Source: Octopus sinensis
Taxonomy: Eukaryota
Length of the DNA stretch: 64,000 bases
NCBI RefSeq assembly: GCF_006345805.1
Contig: NC_043000.1
Coordinates: 57,660,001 to 57,724,000 of the forward strand
Direction: 5' to 3'
In this document: one piece after another, positions 28,141 to 41,102 of the stretch
How positions within the stretch are numbered: position 1 is the first letter of the stretch
How the letters are laid out: the number at the start of each line of letters is the position of its first letter
Notes under the pieces: model-generated
Databases searched by the model: none
What the model was told of the DNA's origin: nothing
The model's input: the letters and a program-made list of their open reading frames with translations, nothing else
Translations under genes and position numbers: made by a program

Positions 28141-29229
28141 TGTATATAAGCAACAGTGTATAAATGATAAGAATAAATATTATCTCAGAATACCTAGAAG
28201 AGTACTGGATCATCAGTGGCACTACAGTGATCTTATAATGTTATAGGACTAACTACCAATACCACTGCTTTATTAAGAAAGGAAAACTTCATAGCTATAC
28301 ACCTTTAACACCTTTTGTACCAACCTGTAAAATATGATACAAAATAACCATTTTAAAGTGACCATATTTAAATTAAAAGCTTCCATTGTGATTTTAAGTA
28401 ACATTTTTGAAACCTTTTGCCAGTCCTGAGTATTACATGTGATACACAGAACATATTTGTTTCTCTGACATCCATGCATCATATAAGTTAAGTTATATTC
28501 CAGATATCAGCTTAATAATGAGAAAGGTTTTACTAAATTGTACTAAATTCATTTCATTTCATCATTATTTTCAAAATGAATTAGAACACATAGGCAGTTT
28601 GTCATTAGAAATATTATCAGAAAAGGGTTAAATGACAAAAGGTTAACCCCTTTAACACTTAAACTGGTCATATCTGGCCCAAATATTCAACCTGTTTTAT
28701 GTTCAAACCAGTCAGATCTAACCTCTCACATCATCATCATCATTTAACGTCCGGGTTGGATGGTTCAACTGTGGTCTAGGAAGCCAGAAGGCTGCGCCAG
28801 GCCCAGTCTGATCTGGTAGTGTTTCTACAGCTGGATGCCCTTCCTAACGCCAACCACTCCGTGAGTGTAGTGGGTGCTTTTTACGTGTCACCTGCACAGG
28901 TGTCAGACGAGGCTGGCAAACGGCCACGATCGGATGGTGCTTTTTACGTGCCACTGGCATGGGGGCCAGATGAGGCTGGCAACGGCCACATCTCCCATAC
29001 AATGTCATTCTAAGATTAAACAATCACATCATTGAAATTTTAAAGCCACAAGGTATTGTATGATTAATTTAAAACAAATTAAATAAATAAGCATTACATT
29101 TGATAGAGTAATCTGAATGCTAAAGGGTTTAAGAAAAAAATCTACAAACAAGTAAAACCACAAGAATTAGAAGAATATGAAAGGTAACAATAAAAAGAGC
29201 AGCTGTAAAGTATTTAATAGTGTACTTAC

Positions 29230-29291
29230 CATTACTTCTTATAAGTCGGTCAAAAGATTCAGACCAGTTTTTCATATCTTCTAATGATAAA
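29230..29291 (-). CDS. RGS20-like: RZ-family RGS gene, first recognisable coding exon (LSLEDMKNWSESFDRLIRSN-G, start of RGS box)
   Basis: Acceptor ttttAG at 29292-29293 and donor GTAAGT from 29229. The 62-nt exon joins in frame to the next exon (G+GT=Gly). The translation matches the RGS17/19/20 alpha1-alpha2 region (LEEVxxWAQSFDKLM). Confidence 0.9.
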
Positions 29292-30959
29292 CTAAATAAA
29301 ATAAAAAATATACAAATTTGCCATTTCTTATAAAGTTTGAATATCACAAAACTTGAATTCTTTGCAAAAAGATCCAGAACATTCCTAATAAGTCAAATAA
29401 TTTTGCAGAAATGTTTCGTTACACTACTAATGGTTTCAAATTTTAGCACAATGCCAACAATTTTGAGTAGATGGTATAGTCCAGTACTTCACTGGTACTT
29501 TATTTTACTATCAACCCCAGTACCTCACTAGTACTTTATTTTACTATTATCTCCAGTACTTCATGGGTGCTTTATTTTACCATCGATACCAGTAGTTCAC
29601 TGGTACAAAGATGACTCTGGGAGAATTTGAACTCATAATGTAAGATTTGGAAGAATTACAGTTAGGCATTTTACCTAATGCTATAATAATTCTGCCAGTT
29701 TACCACATTATTTGGCGACTCTAATAATAGCAGATTACTGTTTTATTGTTGTTTGGCCCCAGGTCAATCCTTAAGGAACAGACGCATGACAAAGGCATTC
29801 CAACTATCTCCCTGTATATCTAGGACTACATGAAGGAATGTGTCCATTTAAAGATGGTTTAATTTCAAAGTGATCTGACAGCTATTTCTAGCAGGTTGAT
29901 CAAGCAACCCTATAGAGATTACTCAGTTGTCTTGGCGGTAGTTTAGTATTTAGTCAGTTTGCATTTCATTGAAATTTAAGTTGTGAAATACTATGTTCAG
30001 TTTCTTGTTTGAGGGCAAAGCATGCATAAAATAATTAGTGATTGGAGTTTACAGAAAATAACAGTTTGCTTGGCAGTGAGATAGTTTTAGCATAGTGGTA
30101 ATAATATGTAAATATGATCAAAGGATAGTGATGGAAGTAAAAATAATTCTATTCAATACTTTGACCTATATTAGCTCTAATCACAAAACTGAAATGAAAT
30201 TTTTATTATTAAATAAATCTATTATTACCCTTCTTTAGAACTGTGTTACCTTTTCTCAAACTACATAGCTTAGAGTTATTGCCAAAGTTAACTAACCAAC
30301 CATAAAGCATCCAACCATATAGAAAAAAAAAACAACAACTCTGGAACCTATAACCAACAACCTCACAAACCAGATGCAGTGGAATCATGTCAGTGACCAG
30401 GTTGCAGCTGTATGATGAGAATTTTGATACCAAACAGTAAGTGTTTAACCCTTTCGTTACCAACCCGGCTGAAACCGGCCCTAGCTCTGAGTACAAATGT
30501 CTTGTTTTCATAAGTTTGGAATTAAAATCTTCCACCAAACCTTAGTCACAAGTTATGTTCCTAACACTAGCTGAATGATAACTAAATTATTTTACTAAAT
30601 TGTTTGTTATATTTAAAGTAAGTGAAAGAAACACAGAGCATCTCAAAATGAATACAGTAATGAAAGGGTTAAGTGAAGTTAACAATCTTTGTATGTTTTT
30701 TGAATGGTTAAAATGTGTCTTCTATGCTGTAATCATTAATAATGTTTTGTGCAAATTACACCCTCTAATTTATATCAATATTTGCAGAACATAGAGAGAA
30801 GACAAGAATAAAAAGCACACTACATACATCATGTTATCTAGTCTGATGTCTCATATATTTTAGACTTTCTAGATTGATGAAATTATATGTCAGCAATAAA
30901 TACTGGTTTCAAATTTTGACACAAGGCCAGAAATTTTGGGGAAGGAGGAGGGTGTCTTA

Positions 30960-31505
30960 GCATCACTCACCAAATCCTTTGTGAGCCGCTCTCCGACTAT
31001 CTATCTGCAGCTTTATATAGCTATGGTAAGACCTCACCTGGAATTTGCATCACCGGTCTGGAACCCCTATCTTGCCCAGGATATCAATTGTCTGGAAGCC
31101 GTTCAGCGACATGCAACCAAAAGAATACCCTCCATCAGGCATTTGCCATATTCTGAACGCCTTACTTCCTTGGGCATGGACACATTGAAACTCCGACATC
31201 TGGCAGCTGACTTGGCAGGCACCCATAAAATTATCAACCATCTTACAAACAATAACTCTGAGCACCTTTTCAAACTCCACCTGTCTAACACTCATGGACA
31301 TATTTACAAAGTCAGAAAACAGCACAGCTCCCATGGCTTTAGGAAACATTTTTTCATGCTGAGAGTTGCTGAAGCATGGAACAAACTGCCGGCATCAGTT
31401 GTTAGTTGTCGGAGCACTGCATCCTTCAAAACTTCCATGCTTTCTGAGATTCGCCAACACTACACCTGATTTTCTCCCCTCCATACACACACAAGCATGT
31501 ATCTG
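30960..31505 (+). mobile_element. CR1/L2-like LINE ORF2 C-terminal fragment (5'-truncated)
   Basis: Open frame LYIAMVRPHLEFASPVWNPYL...LEAVQRHATK...YSERL..L...FFMLRVAEAWNKLP, typical of the post-RT region of CR1/L2-group LINEs. Confidence 0.85.
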
Positions 31506-33492
31506 ACTCATTAACATTGCCACTTTATGAGGTAATACACCATCTGAGGTTAATTAGGGGATATGTACCAAATGGTATTATGGTTGAAATCAAAGTGGCA
31601 ATGTTATGCAAACATGTTATTGCATATTTTATATAATCTCACAAGTTATTGCATGCTAAGATGTATGACACAATGTGTAAATCATAATAAATCTTTCTTA
31701 ACAAAACACATGTAATAATACTGGTATTATCCATTTGTTTTCATCTTTATTATTATATGCATGTGTGTAGTGCCCATGCTGGTGCCACGTAAAAGCACTT
31801 AGTACACTCTGTAAAGTGGTTGGCACTAGGAAGGGTATCCAACTGTACAAACCGTACCAAATATGGAGCTTGGGCAGCTCTCCTGCTGGCCAGCTCCTAT
31901 CAAACTGTCCTACCCTTGTCAGCAAAGAGAACAGATGTTAAATGATGATGACGATGTTTTGTGTGTATGTGTGTGTGTGTGTTTGTCCCCTGTTGCTGAT
32001 TGACAACCAGTGTTTGTCCCCTGTTGCTGATTGACAACCAGTGTTTGTTTGGTTATATCTCCCATAATTTTGCAGTTTGGCAAAGGAAACAAACAGAATA
32101 AGTACCAGACTTAACAAAATAAGTGCTGGGGTTGATACATTCAACTAAACTCCTCAAGGTAGCTCCCCAGGTGCATAGCTGTAGTTCAATGACTGAAACC
32201 AGTAAAAGATATGTGTTTGTGTCTCCTCGTTTTGACATGGCATGACAGTGGGAAATGAGTGCTACCATTGCTTCCATTGCTTCCAGTCCTTTATGAAAAT
32301 GTGTGTCCATGGAGAAATATTACTTTGCTTGAAAACAAGCAAAGATCAGTGACAGGATGAGCACCCATCCATAGAAAATCTGCCTCAATGAATTCTGTCT
32401 GACCCACGCTAGTATGAAAAAGAGGAAGCCAAGACGATGATGATGAAGAAATATATAATTTGTAAGTGGTTTCACAAATAAAAATATGAGTACTCAATAC
32501 TTTGTGCAGAGAGAATATATTGTTATAATGTAGTAGATAAAAATTACTATTTTCCCATGCCTTTAAATTCTATGCTAAATAGAATATTCTTCAGCTTGTG
32601 ATTCAAGTGAAAGTTTTAAGTGTTCTTCATCTGTATCACCATGTTGCTAATTTCCATTTATATGTACATGCACTTGTATACTTATACTGACATAGACCAA
32701 CACTAGAATATTAAGTATATTAAGTATTTAATTATGTTTCAATTAGCTCTGAGGTGTTTATTAATATTATGTAGTAAATGCCATTTGGAGAAAATTTCAA
32801 ACGTTTTATTAAATAATTATTTGAGGTCTTGAATTTAGTTTAATTGTAGAACATTTCCATAATACAGAGGCTGAAGATTCTGGATCCATTAATGTAAGAT
32901 TTGTTTTGGTTCAGTGTATCCTCTAAGAATTTTAAATGATTAATTCCATCTTTCAATGTCTGTATATAGATTGAAAGGATGGTGCAATTCCTCTTTCTTG
33001 TTTATGTTTTACAATAGTGAAATGTAATTTTAGAAGAGGCTTTTGAAACTTCCCTCAATAATTCCAATGTATTGTAATGCAGTGATGCCATTATTACTAC
33101 ATTTGAATTAATATTAGTGAAAAAGGTTACTACTTTTCTATGGCTGTTCTATTTAAGTGGGCATAACTCTTTGTTTATGCATGTGAAACTCATATTACCT
33201 TCCTTAAATTAGTAGGTTAATTAGACATGATATTTAAAATAATTTTAATGATGCTTTGAACATAACTTTGCCTATTGAGGATCTGATGTTTTACAGAATT
33301 TTTGAACATTAACATATTGTTTTTGTATCTTGTAAAACTGGTTCTGTTTACTTTAGTAGAAGCATCAATAGAGTTTGACTCAAAAGGTTAAGTGGAAACA
33401 GGAATACATTTATGATGAAGCATATTTATATGTTTCATTTTTGGATTTGGTTTGCAAGATTCTTTATATGAGTTCGTGTGTTGAAGCATATT

Positions 33493-33920
33493 CTGTTGAG
33501 TCTGGGGAGAGTCATTCTCTTTTAGTGCCTTATTATTTAACACACTCACCGGTAAAATTTCCACTTATTTCTTATTTTTATTTTCTAAAATTTTCGCTGC
33601 ATCTTGCAACCTTTTCAATAGTCTTGAGAGTCAAGACTATTGAAAAGGTTGCAAGACGCAGCGAAAATTTTAGAAAATAAGGATCTTTTCCTTTTGATGG
33701 ACGGAATTTTCTAGTTAACTAAACAATTTGAAACTTCGTATACTGGTAGAATGTGTCAAAAGAAAACATTATTGTAAACAAAATTGAAAACAAAATTGTA
33801 ATTTGTAAGTTTAACGTAGTTTAATTCTTCGAATTTTAACCAATGAAATGTCAGCATTTACCGGTGAGTGTGTTAAATAATAAGGCACTAAAAGAGAATG
33901 ACTCTCCCCAGACACAACAG
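33493..33920. mobile_element. Young MITE with 64-bp TIRs and apparent 6-bp TSD (CATATT)
   Basis: TIRs 33493-33556 and 33857-33920 match at 63/64. CATATT occurs at 33487-33492 and 33921-33926. Confidence 0.9.
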
Positions 33921-34041
33921 CATATTTATATGGTTAGAAAGTCAGGACAGTAAGGTTTGTTGCAAAAGAAAGTATAATTCTTTCTCAAGTGTTACAAGCA
34001 ATCAGGATATACTTTTCAAGTGATATATGATAGCTTTACAC

Positions 34042-34284
34042 CAGTGGTTCCCAAACTTTTTTAAGCTGCTGCTCCCTTGGCACCCAGGCCACATCCCTAG
34101 CATCCCCTCCCCAACTCAACACCACAAACATAGACCACTTTCTGCAGCAGAATAAAAAAAACTGTATTTCACATTCATCACCTCCTTTTGGCCACCCTAT
34201 TATCGCTCAACTATTATCCCTATTATCCCAATGAATCTCCCCCCCCAGGGGGTGGGGCAGTACAGTCCACTTTGGGAAGCACAG
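34042..34284. mobile_element. hAT-type MITE
   Basis: TIRs CAGTGGTTCCCAAA and TTTGGGAAGCACAG, with a perfect 8-bp TSD CTTTACAC. Confidence 0.85.
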
Positions 34285-36909
34285 CTTTACACATAAAATT
34301 TAAAAGCAGAATAGTAAAATAGTAAAATCACAGGAATACCTAGCAACTAGAGCCCTAGTAAAATAATTATTTCTAATGTCCTGCAGCCTCCATAGAAGTA
34401 ATTCATAACCAGCAGTAGAGGAGAGTACTCTGAAAGCATAACCAGAGAAAGAACAAGGTGGAAAAAAAAAATCAAAGAGCTTTTACCACTACTGGGAAGA
34501 AAAGGATTGTCTCCTTAATCTAAGGGTAGACTGTACAGTGATTGAGAACAGAGTATTAAGTTGCATGGTAGGGAGATATGAGCACTGAATGCAGGGGATG
34601 TGTGAAAGCTGGAAAGAAATTAAACATGCTCCACTGGATAAGTAATGCTAGTGTGGACATGTAATGTATATGAATGATGACAGTAAAGAAGAGCTGGGAC
34701 AATCAAGTGGAAGGAAACAAGAAAAAGACTAACAAAACTTTGGTGGTGGAAGCTGATCTCAAGATACTACACTTCACAAAGGTGTTGACAAAGAAACTGC
34801 AACAAATGGTGAGAGGCTGTGTTGGGGAGGACTCATTCAATACATGTAAGCATGGTAAAATAGATGTAAAAGTGATGATGACAGGAACACAGTCTCAACC
34901 CATTTTCCTGTCATGGGTCCCTTTGAATCCTATTTTACTCAGATGAACCCTCAACCATTTGATGTGTAAAAAACCCTATTATATCTTTACAACTAAATAT
35001 TTTTAGGAATTGAAAAAAAAAATCGTTAAAATATTTCTGTGTATTATAGAAGTATAACAGATTTATTGCAGATAAATTTTAACAACCAAATCTTATATGG
35101 AATCCAAGGGCCATAAGGACCCCAGTTAAGAATTCTTGATGTAGTGCAAGCCTTAAAATTTCAGGACATCTCTTTCTCTTTCTCCTCTCCCTCCCTCCCT
35201 CTCTCTCTCCACAACTAAACTTCATAAAGATGGAAAAGTCAATGAAATATTTTTCATGGCTGGTTATGCGATCTAGAGAAAAGTTGTCCAAACAGGAACA
35301 TCTCAAAATAATGGAAACAACGATATCAGTAACAGAAAAAGCAACAAGAACAACAACAATGACTATAATAACATATCGATATACTTACAGTTCTTCTCTG
35401 TCGCTGTTAGAATCCAGTTCTTTTGATCTACTCTGAGAGAGTTGATCATTTTTCACAACCATACTAATTAAAGCAAAACAAAATGAAAAGAAATCATTAA
35501 AGCTTGTTTCTCAAGGATTTACATAAAAACAACAACAATAAAGAAAAATATCAACTACATCTATTTGGGGATATTTAAAGACAACACATTTTCTAATACC
35601 ATTAATCAACAAAATAAAATGCACAAGAATGGAATACTGTTACAAAAATTTTAACATGCATGTTGATTTCAGTGTATTGTATTCAAAGATTTCATGTTTT
35701 TACAAACAAGCCTTATAAAAAAAAAACCAAAAAAAAACCATTGATGATCCTGAACATAAAAAAAAATTAAAATTTCAAATAAAAAGTACAATTTCTTGAA
35801 AAATGAATTTCTATGTAGTCATGCTTGCTACAAGCTGAAGTTAATCTTAGTCTGATAAAGAAAGTTGATTTCTTTGACAAGCTTAAAAAAATATCTCTGT
35901 TACTTTCAGAAAGTATCTTTATAATTTAAGCAATTTTTTAAAATGAAAATAGCTCAATTAGATATTTCAAAAACTACCCAAAATTATTCATTATTCCAGT
36001 CTCCACCACCAAATTTTCTCCCTATCTCTCTCACAGACACAGACACACACACACACACGCACACACACAAAGTAATATAGTGTTGTTTTCAGTATATTGC
36101 ATGTACTGAGAAACTATGCCCATATATTGAAATGGTTCTATTGTCTATAAAATGTTTACTATAGGTTTACAATATCAAGTACAATAGCAGGTGAGGACTC
36201 CATATAAAGCAGTTGTATAATGAACAGTTGCAACACTGTATAATGAAATAGAATGTATGTAGATGTAAGTGTGTCCAATGAGAAATATAAGTCCTTGGAA
36301 TTAATGTGTCTTGAAGTGAATTCAGCTATAAAGAAGAGCTTATATTAAAATTGGGGTAAAAATGTCTTGGACGAAAAAACATAAAAAACACAGAAAGTTA
36401 CATGTGAGACTCAAAACCATGCATCTACTGTAACCCAAACAGAAGTGCTAACAATTACACTAAAGTAGCACCTTACTCATCTTTTTTCCTCAAATTAAAC
36501 ACTTTAAACAATTTTACCAGGAAGAAAATATTAGTAGTCTGAATATAAACATACTTTCTCATTGGTAAGATCAAAGCATTTAATTTGATGGAAGATAGGA
36601 GGGAGTAGGCTGTTTAAGTTAATTTGTAGCACGTGTGTCTGGGTTAAAGAAGATGCATAGTTTGAATCCTGCACATAGCTTTCTGCCTTTTTTTTTCCCA
36701 CCCAAGGGATTAACCCAAAGTATTTTATGCTATTATCCATAAGTGAACTTTCTTCACGATACATCATTGATAAAAACATATAATACGTATATGTGTAAGT
36801 GTGTTCATGGGTGTATGTGAATGTATCATATGTGTGTGTGTATATATATATATATATATCTGTATTTATATGTACATATATCATATGTGTATGTATGTAT
36901 GTATGTATG

Positions 36910-36940
<31 letters not shown>

Positions 36941-37889
36941 CTGTATTTATATGTACATATATCATATGAGTATGTATGTATGTATGTATGTATGTATGTA
37001 TATATATATATATATATATATATCATAAAGAAAAAGTATACAATATAGGATTAATGCTAACAGTAATAGCAATTAAAACTTTTTGTTACAACTAAAGGCT
37101 TCATGATAAATTCCACGCTTATTTATATAAGTGCTACATAGATGTCCAAAATAAGCGTTGTCTTTTAGATTTAACATTCCAAACTTAATACCTGATAAGT
37201 TATTGAAATATCATGATAGAAATGAAACAAAAAGTTATAGATAGAAATATGTGAAATAATGAAGCACATATTGAAGAAGACTAACAGAAAGAGCTTAGAG
37301 AGAGAAAAAAAAGGACACAATGAGAAAAGTTTGAAAGAGGATAGAGAAAGACAGTAGATATATTTAATCTATGCTACAGTAGGCATAATTGGCAACAATA
37401 AAGTTATGGAGAGAAGGTATAATTATTAGGGAGAAACATAAATGTGAAAAACAAAATATAGGGGTTGTGATTATGTAACATGACTGATTGAATAGAGTGA
37501 CAAAAAATCAGAGAAGAGAAAGAGATGAAGTTTATGAAGTACTGAAGAATAGAGGAAAGAAGAAAGAGAAATGCTACTGTAGTGTGAAAAAAAGGAAAGG
37601 AAAATTTTGAGGTATAGTGAGAAGTTTATATACAAACAGTTCAGCAAAAAAGCTAATTAGTGCTTGAATAAATAAATGAATATGAAATAAAATAAGGTAG
37701 TAGGATGTACAAGATTCAACAGACAAGAATCAAACTTACTAATAGCATCCATTTCCTATGATATATCTCTGAACAACTTTTAGCTACTAGAGGGAAGAGA
37801 ATACTATATATTCATATTTAGAACTCATAATATTTATAATTCGTAATATTTATAATTCAGCCTGTAGGTAAAAATAAAATTTTTGTAGA

Positions 37890-38540
37890 ATAAACTATAT
37901 TTGGCGATGAAATTTCAAAAATAATTCATTCCTAGAATTCAATAAGTTGAAAGGATACACCAGTATGAAGAATTTTTCTCAGTTACATAAGCACTACAGC
38001 CTAAATCCTTTAGATTGTGGCTTGACAAATTGTATCATTGACCACAGTATCTTGAAGTTTGTAGTGCCATCATATTCCAGTCTCCAAATGTGCTGTGTTA
38101 AGAGGTGATGCTTCTTTTCATTGCATGCCTAAAAGAATATGCTTCCTTTGTGTATCTAATTTTAAATGTGTATTCAGTTAAGCTTAAATAAAATTGTTCC
38201 TTGTGATCTGTGAATTTCCTTGTAGCTCAGGTATTTGCTATCAAGTAAATATGAATAGATATTGGACACAATTTTGTTGTGGTTAGTCAATTGACTGACG
38301 AAATTATTGTAATTTCTCCTGTTGACATCAGAAATCAAATACTTTATGATGCTAGTACAACTGCAGCTGGCTTTCATGGAGTTCTTGTAGCATGTATAGA
38401 GAAGTACTTCAGTAAGAGGTTCAAGAAGGTTTTGGTGCTATTGGATGCCACACCCATACTGTAAGTAGGATGAAGTCAGGTGATGTAATGCTTGTGATTT
38501 TTTTATGGCTTTATGAGTTGTTCAATATGGTATATATTAT
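37890..38540 (-). mobile_element. Decayed Penelope-like element C-terminus (GIY-YIG endonuclease region)
   Basis: Frameshifted translation gives ITxLHPTYSMGV, SNSTKTFLNLLLKYF, MKASCSCTSIIKYLIS, YLSLTEYTFKIRYTKEAYSFRH, HIWRL..NFKILWS, CLCNxEKFFIL and LLNSRNELF. These motifs are collinear with the PLE pattern WFNPPYS / VKVSYSC / YIGLTExxFKxR / HIW / CxLCxxEK / LNKRSEL. Confidence 0.7.
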
Positions 38541-38704
38541 ATTCCCTTATGGAATCCATTCCCTTTCAATGAATTGTTATATTAGGATGATGCATAGTTA
38601 AAACTTTCTTCATTTGACAAAATATAAGAGCTAATGTTATTCACTAAATTATTGAAAACTACAGGAGCATGGTTGTAGGACTTAATATATTTTCATTTGG
38701 CTTA

Positions 38705-38752
<48 letters not shown>

Positions 38753-38899
38753 ATATATATATAGTTTCATGTACATATAAATGCTTCTTTATTATTAAGC
38801 ACTCTGCACATACAAGCAACTTCTATCTAAGGACATACCAGCACCTGGTAATATATTCACAAAAGAATATATTTTTATGCTTTTAACAAGTGGAAATTA

Positions 38900-40620
38900 T
38901 GATAAAGAGAATATACTGGAAGACATATTTCTTGGACAACTCAACTGATGCCTCTGATGATCAAAGATAAGGCTTTAGGACAAAGAAATTGTATCTTGCG
39001 TAATAAATTATTAGAGAATTCTGAGAAGCTATTTGAGATAAAAAAAAATGTATGATTTTATTCTCACATGTGCACCATTCAAGAGCATTCAAAATTACAG
39101 AATAATGCTCAATGCTCTTGTAATATATTTTCTCATACTGACAAGGCAAAAAAAGATCTTTATGGGATTGATATACCAATTCGTTCAAGGCTGCCTTCAA
39201 ATATTACAAACACATACAGAAAAACAAATACCAGCACAAAAAATTAATAAAGAAGCCTATATATTAGCCATCAAACTTGAAATAGACAATCAAACTAAAT
39301 GCTTAGCATCATGTATATCTCAAATCCTATTAAAAACTTGAAGAATAACTTTCAAGCTTAGACCAAGTGTAGGCTCTTTAAATGGTAAAGAGCAAACCAG
39401 GTGTAGTTAGTACATATATTTTATTTGTGAATATAATAAAAATTAATCAAGCCACAAATTTACCTTTATGGAAACATAGCTCTCTAGTAATCAATTAATT
39501 TAACCAAAGTGACAATAAATATTGCAAATATATCCAGCTTGACCCATTTATTTCTAAACTCTTAACTTAAGAGTACTCAGTACCTAATCTGTTTTTTGTT
39601 TTTTTATTTGTGGTGAATCTTTGATCAAATATATCTTGGAACACTTTGTGCAAAAAGGGAAAATGTGCATTAAAAAGATATTGAGCAGTTAAGAAGCTTG
39701 CTTGCAACCATGGATATGGATTGAGTTCTACTGCATAACACCTTGAGCAAGTGTCTTCTATTTTAACTCCAGGCCAATCAATGTCTTATAAGTGAATTTG
39801 GTAGATATAAACTGTGTGGAAGCCTGTTGTGTGTGTGTCTCTGTACCTGTGTTTTTCCCCTGCTCCTCACTGATTGACAACCAGTTATAACACCACAAAA
39901 ATAGAAAAAAGAAATATCATTTGTTCTATACTTCATTTGGCCAACAAGTTTGCACACTTATAATAAAAATTTGTAATAAAAATCATGAAATCACTCTTTC
40001 TGCACCACAAGTACTACAAAATTTCCACAATTTTCCTCAAACATACTATGTAAAATTTAGTAATTCATTTATAAACTTACAATTGTGTCCAATTGATTAT
40101 CCCCTCAACCCCAAATGTACTACTAATGGAATTCTTTACAGTGCTCTGCCAAAATGAGCACAGTTCTGAGATCACAGATTGGTTTAACTTCAAATTCCTT
40201 CAAATTATGTAACAATCTACAATAACAATTTTTTAAACTTTCAACTGATATGAGTTTGTTTAGAATTATCTGTAAATTTAAAACTGATGATTCAAACTTG
40301 GACATCAGATGCAGTATAATATCTTTCTAAAGCTCAGAATGATTCCAACAGGCCATGTCTGCTTTGCATTTCTGAATGTTATGAAGTATGTTATAATCAC
40401 TCTCTTCTTAATAACCAATCAAAATTTATACCTTCTTGTGTGCAGAAATGAATTAAAAAGGTGAAATATTTTAAACTGCTAATCAAATCAGGTTGTTGAA
40501 AATAGGCAAAGAGAGTAGCTTTTCCTTCAGGTGATGTCTTTGAATAATGATATTTCAACAGTGGAATAGTTTTAATGATCTGAAGATTAAGCTCTAACCA
40601 ATTACTTCCTTTCAACCATT
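38900..40620 (-). mobile_element. Possible highly decayed L1/Tx1-like ORF2 remnant
   Basis: Several collinear minus-strand coding-like ORF pieces, one with a CxxC...H-like zinc-knuckle trace. No clear RT catalytic motif seen. Confidence 0.3.
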
Positions 40621-41046
40621 TTCTCTATACTCAAACCACTGCATTTCTCTCAATATTTCAAATACACCCATTCAGATTTATCTGAAACACTATTGATAAT
40701 ATACCACTCTTCTTTTTCTCTTTTGTCTCAACACACCTCTCTCTCCTACTCCCATTACATTCTCACTACAGTCCTCCATACCCAACTCTTAACTAACATC
40801 ACATACATTACATTTTATCAACAGCATCTCATTACAATCTGATGATTCAAGAGATGAAACTATAGTAAATTGTAGCCCTGAACTTTTTTCTTTTTTAGTT
40901 TAAGTAAATGTCAATATTATTCTACTGAGTTCCTTGTAGTTACTGTTGTTTCTACTGAAGTACAATATAACTTTATCACTCACTCATATTGCATGCATAC
41001 ATACATACATATATATGTACGTACATACTTACATGCACATGCACAT

Positions 41047-41100
<54 letters not shown>

Positions 41101-41102
<2 letters not shown>

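Noticed and set aside
31981-32046. 31-bp direct duplication inside a SINE; similar ~80-bp duplication at 36830-37020
   Set aside because: Ordinary slippage in or near simple repeats.
36531-36790. Minus-strand ORF tail (KYFGLIPWVG...LLPPIFHQIKCFDL)
   Set aside because: Only a vague resemblance to a LINE RT C-terminus, and the ORF start is microsatellite. Not an identifiable RGS exon.
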